From assembly GCA_000388065.2 (NCBI GenBank), contig KB932201.1: a stretch of DNA of 48,743 nt; one strand, given 5' to 3'. Position numbers and translations under genes: made by a program. Shown here one piece after another: positions 12,482 to 23,974 of this stretch (its first letter is position 1; every line of letters starts with the position of its first letter). Below the pieces are notes generated by a model. That model did no database searches. It had not been told where the DNA came from and worked only from the letters and a program-made list of their open reading frames with translations. Source of the stretch: Fonticula alba ATCC 38817 (lineage: Eukaryota > Protista > Nucleariida).

Positions 12482-15224
12482 ATGTCAACTGCCCTCCCAA
12501 ACACTGCCGAAGCCTCGGCCCCGCCGGCTTGGCTGCAGCAGCTGCCCCCACAACAGCGTGAGGCCCTGGATGCTCTTCGGGCTGCATTTGACGCTGCCCT
12601 GCCAAGCAGCCCAAACCTCCAAGCCTTGAAGTTGTCGTACGTTCCCTTGCTTCTCCCGCCTGGGGCGGGCCCAAGACAGATGCTGGAAGATCACCATCCT
12701 GGACACCCCTTTGCATATCGCACATGGGTTTGCATTCGTGCCTGCATGCATGGCCACATGTCTGACTTCATGCCTCGCACGACGACTGGATCGCCATCTT
12801 CCGCACAGCGACGACCAAGTGCTACTGCGCTTCTTGATCGCTCGTAAGCTGGACGTGGTACGTCCTGGAAATGCCCCATGGCCTGTCGCCCCCGTAGCCG
12901 CCAGGGTTATTTTCATCCAGCTTGCTTTTCTGACCACTCCCCCCCCCCCCTCCTCACATACGCACAACCACCCACCCCCTCCCTGCCCTCCTCTCTCTCT
13001 CTCTCTCTCTCCATCCCTATCTCTTGCTGGCAGAACAAGGCGCTGTCGATGCTGCAGGATACCGCCAACTGGCGCGTCAAGTCCGGAGCCGAGCTCGAGG
13101 TCTTCCCGATTGTTGGGGCCCCCGGGCCGGAGCTGGCCCCGAAGGACGCTCTGCTGCCGATTGCCGTGCGCGGGTTCCAGTCCATCCGCGACTGCAATGC
13201 TGTGCCGAAGAACCCGGAGGAGGAGAAGGTGCGCCCGTGTCCGGGAATACCCCCCACATGCCCTTTCAGCGTCTCGCTGCTGACATTGCCTTGTCTAACT
13301 TCGCTCCCTCCCCCCCCCCCCTCCCTCTCCTCCTCCTCCTCCCCGGCTCTGGTCCAGATGTTCTCCTCCATTGGCGGCGTTTGCGTCCACAAGTGGGATA
13401 AGGAGGGCCACCCGATTTTCATCGATGTGCGTCATCTCGCACAGCCGCCAATCGACCTCACATCATGCTGATCCTCTTTCCTTCGCCCCCGATGGCTCTT
13501 TCTCTTGTGCCATTCCTTGCCAGCGCCTGGGCCTGCTCGATACGCATAGCTACTCCAAGCATGTCAGCTATGAGACGCTGGAGCACATCCACCTACGCAC
13601 GCAGGAAATGATTCGCCGAGTGCTGATGCCGGAGCTGACTCGCCGCTTTCGGACGCGCGATGAGCCCCGCGTCGACAAGCTGACCGCCATCTTCGACATG
13701 TCGGGCCTGACCATTTCCCGTGCGTGCCCCTGCGCGATCTGGCTTCCCGCCCCCCCCCCTCCCTCCATCCCTCCATCCCTCCCTCCCTCCCTCACCTCCT
13801 CCTCGCCCGTTTATTTGCAATGGCCCCATGCATGCATGTGTTCATTCACTCCATGCAGAGTTCAACATCTCGGCTCTCATGATGGTTCGCCACACAGGGC
13901 AGCTGGACATGGACAACTACCCGGAGTCCCTGCGCCGGGCCTTCTTCGTCAATTGCCCGCCGATCTTCACCAAGTTCCAGGCCTTCGGCAAGAAGTGGGT
14001 CGATGCCGAGACCTTCTCCAAGGTTCAGTTCCATACCCGAGGCCCGGAGCAAACCCGTGCCCTGCTGGAGGCCATCGATGCGGAGAACCTGCCAGCCTTC
14101 CTCGGGGGGCAGTGCTATTGCACCTCGCAGCCGGGAGGCTGCTCGCCCAGCCTGCGTCTTGATCGCCGGGAGTACTTCTACCCCCATGTCAAGGATGTTT
14201 CAGCGCGGAATGAATTCCGCGTGACGGTGTCCATCCCGGAGTTGCTCCGGCAGCGAGCCGCCGGGTCTCTGGAGCTGACCTCCGGCCCCCCGACCAATCA
14301 GTATTACTTGCCGGAGCCGACGTGCGCCCCGAGCTCGGGAGTCGCCGCTACCGTGCTCGCCTCGGCCCCCCTGGTCCCCGGGTCCCAGGCCGAGTGTGAG
14401 GATGACTCCGAGGTCGAGTGTGATGCCATCGAAGAGGGTCCCCCGAGTGCTTCTGCTGCCCCACGCCCGCACAACACCCCGCCCGATTCCTCGGATGAGC
14501 TTGTGTCGCCGGAGGACTCGACCGCGGACTTTGTGTCGCCCTCCTCCAGCTGCCAGCTGAACAAGAAGCAGCCAGCCACTGTCGACCCGTCGGCCACGGA
14601 TCTGCGCATGAAGGCTTTGTCCCTGAGTGACCAGCAATCGGCTCCGCACCTGACCTGGCACTTTATGACCGTGCAGAACAACATCCGCTTCGGCGTCTTC
14701 CGAGTTACCTCGGCCGGGTATGTTGCGCATGCCGGGAGGCACGGAGGAGCGGCCTCTTTCCCTCTCCTCCTCATTCCCGCCCTCGGGGTTGTGAGTGTGA
14801 AGGCGTGTCAGCGACACCTTTCGCTCTCCTCCTCCCATTGTCCTTCGCCCCCTTCGCCATGCCCTTCCTCCTCCGGATGGCGTGACTGACTTTTATCCTT
14901 CTCGCCCCCTTTTCCTTTCTCGCCCTCTCTCTCTCTCTCTCTCCCCCTCCCGTGTGTGTGTGTGTGTGTGTGTTTGTGTGCGTGGTTGGTCCGAACAAAC
15001 GATGCCACCCTATCCCACAACAAATATGCCCCCCCCCCCTCCCCCTCAGCACCGAGGTCCCGGTGGTAGACCCGGCCATGGTCGACTCGCATGTGGACCC
15101 GGTGAAGGGCAGTATTGCCGTGGACCCCGACTCCACGTACATTCTTAGCTGGGACAACTCCTCCTCGTACTTCACGGGGAAAACGGTCTACTTCAATTGG
15201 GATATCGTGCCAGGGGCCAAGTAA
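12482..15224 (+). CDS. Sec14/CRAL-TRIO lipid-binding protein with C-terminal GOLD domain (7 exons: 12482-12636, 12809-12857, 13034-13228, 13358-13426, 13524-13719, 13859-14717, 15050-15224)
   Basis: DDQVLLRFLIARKLDV (CRAL-TRIO N), HKWDKEGHPIFID, IFDMSGL, DNYPESLRRAFFVNCP, ENLPAFLGG; GOLD-like LTWHFMT..NIRFGVF and GSIAVDPDSTYILSWDNSSSYFTGKTVYF. All splice phases are consistent. Confidence 0.92.
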
Positions 15225-15994
15225 TGCCCCCTGAGGGCAACTACTGCATCATTTTTCCACCGGAGGAGGCTATCTACGGGAGGTGTCAGGGCTTCCTCTC
15301 TCCACATCAGTCGTCCATGGGGAGATGACTCCCCCCCCCCCACCTCCGCCTCCGCTTCTGTCTCCTCCTCCCCCTCTTTGTCTCAGCCCTGCCTTTATTC
15401 CCCCGTGTACGTCTCCCTTCCCTGGCAGTCGCCATCCGAGCTGGGACGCACGCCTGCACATGTGGAGGATGTACCGCGTGATTGCATTTATTGTGCTGGC
15501 TTCTGATAGACTACGCCCTGTCCGGGTGCCGCCGGCCGAGCGGGCGGCAAGCAGCAGGCAGCCCTTTTTTCGTATTTTCCCGCCTTCGGAGAAGGGGACG
15601 AAAGGAGCGAAAGAAAGAGAAAACACCAATAAAGACTCCCAGAACTCTCATCTTCTTGTTGTGTGTCCTCCCCTAAGTCGCCCTTGGAACCGGAGAAAAC
15701 GCCGCATCATGCAAAACCATACACGCTGCACCGGGGAGAGGAAGGAATAACTATGTATTGTTCGGTCAAGAGAGAGAGAGACCACCACCCTAAGTGCGCT
15801 CCTCGTCCATGAGAACGGAGAGCAGCATGGGCCGGGGAACGGCACGTGGAGGGAGGAAGAGGAGGGGGAGGGGGAGAGAGACATGAAGACGGCAAGGACA
15901 GGCGGGAGGGGGGGGGGGGGGAGGGCACAGGCGCAGGGACACACCGCAACAGAGGGAAGGGGGGGGGGGGAGAGATAAAGGCAGGGTGGGGGTA

Positions 15995-18900
15995 TCAATG
16001 TGTCGCCTCGGGTCCTGACAAAGAGGCACCAGCATCCGTCGGAGGGGCAGGGGCCGGCCGCGAAGGTGCCGTCGTCGCCGGGGGCTTTGCCGCGGCCGCG
16101 GCCGCCGCCACAGCGGCCCTACTCACGGAGGAGTTTTCCTTAAAGGTCTCAAACCAGTTAGCAAAGAAGGCGGATGTGAGCTCGGCCTGTTGCTGGCCCG
16201 AGGTAGCGGCGGGCTGTGACCCACTAGGGCCGGCTGCCGAACCTGCTGACCCGGCGCCTGCCGCCGCGCTGGACCCGGCCGCGGATGTCCCCTGTCCAGA
16301 AAGGGGCTTGGTGGTCATACCGGCGGCTGTTCCGGAGGGAGTAGCTCCCCCACCGCCACGGATCGGTCGGGCCACACGCGATGCTGCCGGGGACACAAGT
16401 CCGGTCTCATCCTTCGGCGGGCGCCGATATTCGCCGGAGACGTAATAGTGCCGGACTATCAACCGGTGCACGAATGTGTCAGCATGCAGTGGCGGAGGAG
16501 CCGGGGGGGGGGGGAAGAAGGAGCAGCGCTGTGGGGAGGGAAAGGGCGGGAGAAAAGGAGGGAGTAGGATACGGGGAGCAGACGCACTCCGATTCTCGAA
16601 TTGACTGACGGCCTTCTTGTACAGCTCGGTCTCGTAGACGCGTCTGAGTGGAATGAGGACGACAGAAGAGGGGGGGGGGGGAGCGGAGAGGAGCAGGGGG
16701 AGGAGGATGGCCAAAGGCAGGGGCACCAACGGCAGATGCGAGGCGAGGTCAGTGACTCGGAAGATGCAGGTGAAAACGAAAAAGAGAAGGAGCGCGTACC
16801 TCCGCTCGCTGGTCTCACAGCGTGACAGGAGCTTCTTGGCATGGGCCTCCAGGGCGGAGATCTTCTGATCGCGACGATTCAGGCGCCGGCTGTGGGCCTC
16901 GCGTTCGCGCTGTAGCTGTTCCCGATTGGCCAGCAGCATCTCCAGAAGCTGCGGGGCGTCCGGATGGCGAAAGACAAGTTAGCCCCTACACGAGGGAGCA
17001 GCCGGAGAGAGAGAAGGAGAGAGAGAAGGAGAGAGAGAAGGAGAGAGAGAAGGAGAGAGAGAGAAAAGGGGGAAGGGGCACAGAATACGGGCGTATGGGC
17101 CGCGGAGAAGCAGGGAGGGACGCACGCGCGACTGAATGTGCTGGAGCTCCTCGGCATAGCGGTTAAGCTCATGGATGTCGGTCGGTTGGGTCTTTTGCGA
17201 GCCATCGGCACTGGCGGCGGCGGCTGCGGCGGCGCGCGATGCGCTGGCCAGTGCCGAGATCTCATCCAGGCTCGGCATAGACGGAGAGGTGGAGGCCCCG
17301 GCCGGGGCGGCAGCCCTCCCCCCGGGAGGGGACCCAGCACCTGCCGAAGCCACAGATGTGCTGCTGGCCGACTCGGCCAGATCCTCGGCGGTCGAGGGGC
17401 TTGGGGAAAGCTGGTGCCCAGGGGTGGACGTCGAATCGTCGACCACCGCCTCGGGGGTCGGGCTGGAGGGCCGTGAAGACACCCGCGAGCCCGGGGCCGA
17501 ATGGTCCAAAGCAGCGGCCGCGGCGGCCGCGGCATCGGCCTCCTTGGCCGCACGGGCCTCCAAAAGCTCCTGCTCGAGCTCGGCGACACGCGCCCGGAGG
17601 CTGATGACTTCGTCTGCAGACGCGAAGGGAGAGGCGGAAAGGAGGGGGGGGGGGGAGTCAGAGGCAAACCAAGGAGCGTGACACAGCAAACGGCCAACAT
17701 ACCGGAATCCCGCACAGCTGCGGCCGTCGACTCCTCGTCCTCCATGTTCCCGAGCTCGGGCGAGGTGCTGGCCATCGGCGGCGATTCGAAGGGGCTGAAT
17801 AGCTCGGCATCGCCTGCGTCCGGCTGGGGCTCATCCTCTGCCTCGGCCTCCTCCTGTTCCCGGTCTTCGTCCTCCTCCTCCTCCTCCTCCTCCTCCTGGG
17901 CGAGGGGCGAGGTTTGCGATGACGAGGAGGGCGACACGCCGGACGACGAGCTCGACGACATTTCCGAGTCCAGGAGCACCGAGGCCGGCGGGCTGGGCGG
18001 GGCGGCGGCACCAGCGCCAGCCCCATCAACGCTGGCAGTGGCCAGGTCACCGGCAGCCTGCTTGGCCGCTTCGGCTGCGGCCTCCGCCTCGGCCGCCGAC
18101 CCGCCACTTCGCCAGACAGCCAACTCGGCATCGGCGATGGCCAGCTTGGCGGTGATGATTTTCAGCTGGTCGCGAGCGGCCTTGAGCATCCGGCGAAGCT
18201 CCTGGGGACTGAGCTCCACATTGGCGGTGGCCTTGTTCTCGACCGTCTTGGCACTGTACAAAGGAGCCCCCTGTTAGCAGAAGATCGCGCACAAGCACGA
18301 TACCCGACGCAGAAAGAAGGGGACACTGGTGTGCACGCACCGCGCGCCGAAGCGAAGCGTCGAAAGGGTCTCCGCATCGTTGTACGAGGAGGGCGAGGCA
18401 TTGATGATGAGCGTCGTGCGGGAATTACCACCGAGCGATTCTTGGAGAATACGCGTGAGCTTACTATCACGGTAGGGAATGTGCGTGGACTGTTGCCATG
18501 TGTTCGATGGGCAGAGCGATGTGCATGGACGTGCGATGGCGCGGACACCGGGCAGGAAAGGGAGGTCGGAGGATGAGTCGCCAGGAAGAAACCAACAACC
18601 GGAGTCAAGACATGCCAAGCGCGCGTGCGGACCTTCTTATCAGCCAAAGCATTGATCACCATGCCCAGCATGGTTAGTGACTTGTTGATGGTCTTGGCCT
18701 CCTGAAGAAGCTGCCCGGCGGCACCGGTCTTATTGACAGCCTCCGAGCCGGCCAGATCCACCAAATACAAGCGCCCCACCTTGGACGATTGGGTGGTGGT
18801 ATTCCGCTGGGTGATGGTCAGGGAGAAGATGGCATGGGAGCGAGAGGACTCGGCGTTCATGTCTGCCGGGTGGAGGAGAGGTCAGTGATCAGCGGCCGAT

Positions 18901-20036
18901 GAAGATGATGGCCGCAGGGGGGGGGGGGGGATGAGAGGAGGCCAACATGATGGGAGGCCAACATGATGGGAGGCCAACATGGGAGGGAAAAGGAGAGAAG
19001 GAAAAGGTGTTCGCACTGGTGGCGCTGACAGCGCGGTTATTGGCGCCGATCTCCATGACGTTGAGACTTTCCATGGCACTGGCCACATAGATGCCGGTAA
19101 GATCCTTGACGAAGATCCCTCGGCCGGGGTGCTCATGAATGGAGAGGTTGTCCTTCTTGGCTGTGGACGAGAAGGCAAAGGACCGACGTGACAGGGCAGA
19201 AGTGAGAAATGGCCGGGCTGCCTGGATAGGGCGAGCAAGGTCAAATGGGGGAGGCTGTACGCACGGTCCAGCAGGTCACGGACACGCTCCATGTAGATTT
19301 CCAGGTAACTACATGACACGGTGAATTCCATGGTCGGCGGGGCGGAGGCGATCGCCTCGAAGATGGCCTCCACGACACGCGGCGCGAGACCCCGGAGTTC
19401 GGGATCGTACCCGGCGAAGTCGCCCAGGTCCCCGCCCTCCAGGGCTGCCTGCATGACCGACACGGGGATCTCCGGGCCCTGCATGGTGAAGGTCTTGCCG
19501 GAGCCGGTCTGGCCGTAGGCGAAAATGGTGCCGTTATAGCCATTCATGACGTCTGTGCGGCCCGGCGAGTCGGGGAGAATGTGAGCAACGGGGGGACAGG
19601 ATGACGCGAGATGCAAATGCACGGCATGCGCATGGGCAAGGTCCGAGGGTCAAAGGGAGGACGCACCCTGGATGACAGCCTTGGCCCCGAGCTCGAAGAC
19701 ATCCTTTTGCGAGGCAGTCCAGTCGAAAACCCGGTCATAGTGGAAGGTGTTCTTGCCGCGCGAGTGCTGAGCAAGGGTACGGACAGAAGACCGTGGAAGG
19801 GGGGGGGGGGGGGGATGGGGGGATCAGCACGAGCCAAACAAAGGGCAGGGCGTGTGCATGTCTCCGGAGAGAGAGAAAGAGAAGGCCGAAATTTGCCCGC
19901 CCAGTTCGCAGGAGCGTACATTGACTGTGACCGAGGTGTCATTGGGAAACTCGACACAAAGCCCAGCATTTTGGGCCTTCTCAATCTTGTTCTCCGGCCG
20001 AAACCGGCAGATAACCTTGATGTTGCTGCCCGACAT
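15995..20036 (-). CDS. KHC: Kinesin-1 heavy chain (conventional kinesin, fungal-type neck and tail), 11 exons
   Basis: [34 protein letters not shown] (P-loop), [24 protein letters not shown] (switch I), LVDLAGSE (switch II), [23 protein letters not shown]; neck ELSPQEL...ELAVWRSG; IAK-like [11 protein letters not shown] at 16346-16378. Confidence 0.96.
17003..17063. repeat. 12-bp tandem repeat (GGAGAGAGAGAA)x~5 in kinesin intron
   Basis: Directly visible. Confidence 0.9.
18937..18985. repeat. 16-bp minisatellite GGAGGCCAACATGATG, about 3 copies, in kinesin intron
   Basis: Two full copies plus a third lacking ATG. Confidence 0.9.
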
Positions 20037-21901
20037 GGCTCGGCGAGGGCGCGGAGGGAGGGCTAGCCGTCCGCGAGGGGTGTCACCGGCAGGGGGGGNN
20101 NNNNNNNNNNNNNNNNNNNNNNNNNNNNNNNNNNNNNNNNNNNNNNNNNNNNNNNNNNNNNNNNNNNNNNNNNNNNNNNNNNNNNNNNNNNNNNNNNNNN
20201 NNNNNNNNNNNNNNNNNNNNNNNNNNNNNNNNNNNNNNNNNNNNNNNNNNNNNNNNNNNNNNNNNNNNNNNNNNNNNNNNNNNNNNNNNNNNNNNNNNNN
20301 NNNNNNNNNNNNNNNNNNNNNNNNNNNNNNNNNNNNNNNNNNNNNNNNNNNNNNNNNNNNNNNNNNNNNNNNNNNNNNNNNNNNNNNNNNNNNNNNNNNN
20401 NNNNNNNNNNNNNNNNNNNNNNNNNNNNNNNNNNNNNNNNNNNNNNNNNNNNNNNNNNNNNNNNNNNNNNNNNNNNNNNNNNNNNNNNNNNNNNNNNNNN
20501 NNNNNNNNNNNNNNNNNNNNNNNNNNNNNNNNNNNNNNCCCCCCCCCCCCCCGCCTTTCTCGCACCGACAGCGGGAAAGCCTCGGTGTGAAGGGACAAGT
20601 GGCGACCGGCGTCGACACCGGCCGCGGTAACTGCACTCGCTTCTGGGCTGGCTCCGGCGGTGGAGGTGGCAATTGAGGGGCGAGGAAAGAGGTGTTGCGT
20701 GCTCCCTCGGTGCCTGTGGAGCACCCTGGCCCCCGGCGCCGGGGGAGGGGAACCGGGCCAAACCAGCGGACAAACGGGCCGCGCTTGGTATGGCTCTCGG
20801 TGGGAACACCAACTGTCGAGAAGGCCCCGGCGACCAGGGCAAGACACTAGCCTGACATTGAAGTGGAAGAGAGAATCTCCGCCGCCCCGGCGTCGGGGCA
20901 CCAGTGTGGTGGCAATGTGTCCCCGGCTGATAGATAGAAGCGGCTGGAGCGGGTCTGCGGCCGGCAACAGCCACCCACGGAAAGGCCCCACGATCGTTGC
21001 CTGCCAAAAGACGCCCGCACGCATCAACAGGGAGAGAGTGTATGGGCGGGGGGGGGGGGCGGATGTCCAAGGGCGACGCGGGGTGTGCGGAGTCTGGTCC
21101 GTTGTGCCTCCGCCGCTGGCTCGTTCACGCGCGCCAGGAGAAACGGTGCGAATAGAGCATGGCAATGCTGGAGCGGAATACACACCCTCGTCTGGTGCTA
21201 CTCCTGTATTCTGTAAATGCAGTACGATTCCGATCTTCGCTCGATGCACCGCCCGTGTCAATCGGCCCCCTCGCCGAAAAGCACGGCGCGCCCTATGTCC
21301 GGCCTGCATGCACTGGGTGGCGGAGAGGGGGGAACGCCACCATCTGAGGATATATGGCCCGCCCTCGCCCGGCCAATGGGTCGTCTTGCCCCGCAACTCG
21401 AGAGATCGCCTCTTCACCTGTCGGCTGTAAAGAAGAGGGGGATGGGCGTGAGGCACGCGTGCGCACACGCACACGCACACGCACAGACACACACACACAC
21501 ACAGTCGCCTTTAGGCGTTGTTGACGTTATCTTTGATTTGTATATTTTTCGTGGGACAATCCCACCGGCGCGCACGTCGGAGGGGCTATACACGGCAGGT
21601 GGGGAGCAAAAGAGAGGAGGACAATCCCAAAAAGGGAGGGGAGGCTGAAGGACCCCCTGTGGCGGGAGGATCCATCGGTGTTCGCATGGGCAGAGGTCGA
21701 CACATGGCGATGTGCTGGCATGCGTGTGTATGTGTGTGTGCACCCACGCACTCGCACATGGCCATCCTCTTGGCAGCGAGGGGAGGGAGGGGCGGTGGTG
21801 GTGACGATGGCGGCGAAGGAAGGGCATTCGACACGTCGCACACGCACACACACACACACATGATAACATGGGAAAGGGCAATGAAGGAGCGGGGGGTGTA
21901 C

Positions 21902-22373
21902 TTAAGCACCACTGGAAAAGGCGAGCAGAGGTGGGAGGGCGGAGAAAGGGGGTCAGACAAGGGGGCAGCATTGGCAACGAATTGAATGTGCACGCCCCAG
22001 CAACATCGAAAGGGGCAGGGGGGGGGGGGGACGAGGCGGAAAGATAGGCAACAACGCACACGATAACATTGTTGATGGGGATGTGGACGAGCTTGACAAT
22101 ATAGCCGATGAAGCCCATGACGAGGAAGCCGATGGCAACGGCCTGGGTCATGCTGATGTACTCTGTGTGCGTGTGCGTGTGCGCACGCATGCATGCGCAT
22201 AGGGAGGTGGGGTGGTAGACGCAGGGAAGGGGGTGAGAGGCTGGAAGGGGGCAAGGAGGGGCCAAAAGCAAGAACGAACCCTCGCGCGTGGGCTTGGTGC
22301 AGGACCGGATGAGGCGCTGGCTGTCGAGGTAGAACTGGCGCGGAGCATCGAAGTAGGGCTCAAGGTGATCCAT
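21902..22373 (-). CDS. SEC61G: Protein translocon subunit Sec61 gamma / Sss1 (3 exons: 22373-22280, 22162-22060, 21911-21902)
   Basis: [68 protein letters not shown]. CTKP and [21 protein letters not shown] signatures; start context GCCACCATGG. Confidence 0.97.
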
Positions 22374-23017
22374 GGTGGCAGGCTTCACACGGGCGGAAGG
22401 GGACTGGATGTCAGGGGAAATGAGGGATTCATCGGGGACAATGACGGCAGGGGGGGGGGGGAGAGGGGAAGGAAAGAAGGGATGAGGCTGGATGGTCTGA
22501 GAGGGGGGAGGCGCGCACAGGGGAGAAAAGAGAGGGAAAAGAGGTGTTGGGGGGAGGAGGAGGCGCGTTTCGGGAGATGAAACGAAAGCCGGCTGTAGTT
22601 GGCGAGGGGAGCCGGAAGAGGCTCACGAGCTGGAGGGTGCATCCCTTTTTTGCCTCCCCCCCCCCCCGTCCCTCTCCCCGCAAACCAAAGGCCCCCCAGG
22701 CTAGTGCTGCCCGCTTGTGAGTGGGGCCCCTCCGCCCCCCGACGAACACCAGCTCAAGTGCCGGAGGCCTGCCGCTTGTGTCAAGAGCAGTCCTGCCCGC
22801 GGCTTGTCAAACACACACACGGAGGAGAATGCCCAGCGCCACCCCGCGAGGCCCAGTTGAGTCGAGCCGGGCCGGGCCGAAGTGAATCGAACCGGACCGC
22901 CGATTCGTGGAGTGGTGGCTGCTCGGCGAGGGAACCGGAAAGTGCACACCGATGGAGCACGCTGATTGGTTCCCCTGCGCGAAAAGAGCCCGCCCCTGGA
23001 ACCGCTGCCGGTGAGCA

Positions 23018-23048
<31 letters not shown>

Positions 23049-23084
23049 AAGAAGCGGCCGCCCCCCCCCCGCACCCACCCCCCG

Positions 23085-23115
<31 letters not shown>

Positions 23116-23299
23116 CGGGTGGAGACGTCCCCTGCCGGGCAGTTCACGCCCCGTTCCGCCCGTCCTCCGCTCCCCGCCGCTCACGCCGGGCTCCAGGTAC
23201 AGCTGCCCCCCCACCCACCGTCCTGGTGGTGGGCGGGGGGACACCACAACATACACAAGGGACTCTCGGGGAACATGGCACAAAAAAAAAAGGCAAGGC

Positions 23300-23560
23300 T
23301 CCACTGACATCCAGGGGAGACGGTGTCTCGGCCGCCTGGTCCAAGTTGCAGGTCGCAGAAGAGGCGAACGGTCTACCCGCATCTTCTGATGACCCTTTTT
23401 CTTGGTGGCTCCTTTCGACGTGCATCCCCAAGCAGCACGTCTGTCTATTCCGATAGCCAGACCAAAGAAGGGATAGGCGAAAATCCTGGGGGGTGTTTAG
23501 TTCTGCGATGTGGATCACGCGATGTGTGGTGTGATCACAATCGGCTCGGGTCCGTTTTCT
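23300..23560. ncRNA. Candidate structured non-coding RNA (unassigned family)
   Basis: Four consecutive hand-folded hairpins in a microsatellite-free intergenic stretch, followed on the minus strand by a T10 run (A10 at 23282-23291). No diagnostic snRNA, SRP, RNase P or MRP box could be confirmed. Confidence 0.3.
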
Positions 23561-23966
23561 TCTCTGTACAGCAGTCCGCCGGTCGACCGAAAAAGGCCCC
23601 ACGACTCGGAGAAGGAGGCGGGACGGGGAGAACGGCGGGCCCCAGGGGGGGGGGGGGGAGGGGGCAAGTTACGTGCGGCTCGAGTCCCCCCCCCCGCCCT
23701 CCCGGCCGCCCACGGCTGAAAGAGGCAAAGCTGGGCCGATCAGAGGGGGCAGCCATTATTCTCCGCGAGAAAAAGGGCCCTGGACATATTCGGTAAGGAC
23801 TGGGCATAATTTTCCAACACCGCAGCCCCTCGTGTGGCCAGGGACATTGAAGGCCCGAGGCATGTTCTTGACAACATGGGAGGGCTGCAGAGGTCAAGCA
23901 CAGGAGAGAGCAACCGTTCGTGCTAGCAGCCGTGGCAGCGGCAGCGGCAGCAAATAATCGTCCCAC

Positions 23967-23974
23967 TATAAAAG
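23967..23974 (+). promoter_or_regulatory. TATA-box-like TATAAAAG
   Basis: Consensus TATAWAAR in a GC-rich genome, ~150 bp upstream of gap 24121-24710; no downstream gene is visible. Confidence 0.3.

Noticed and set aside
23558-23567. ACAGAGAAGA (U6 ACAGAGA box) on the minus strand
   Set aside because: Not followed by TTAGC or a GT intron donor, and no U6 5' region or internal stem-loop.
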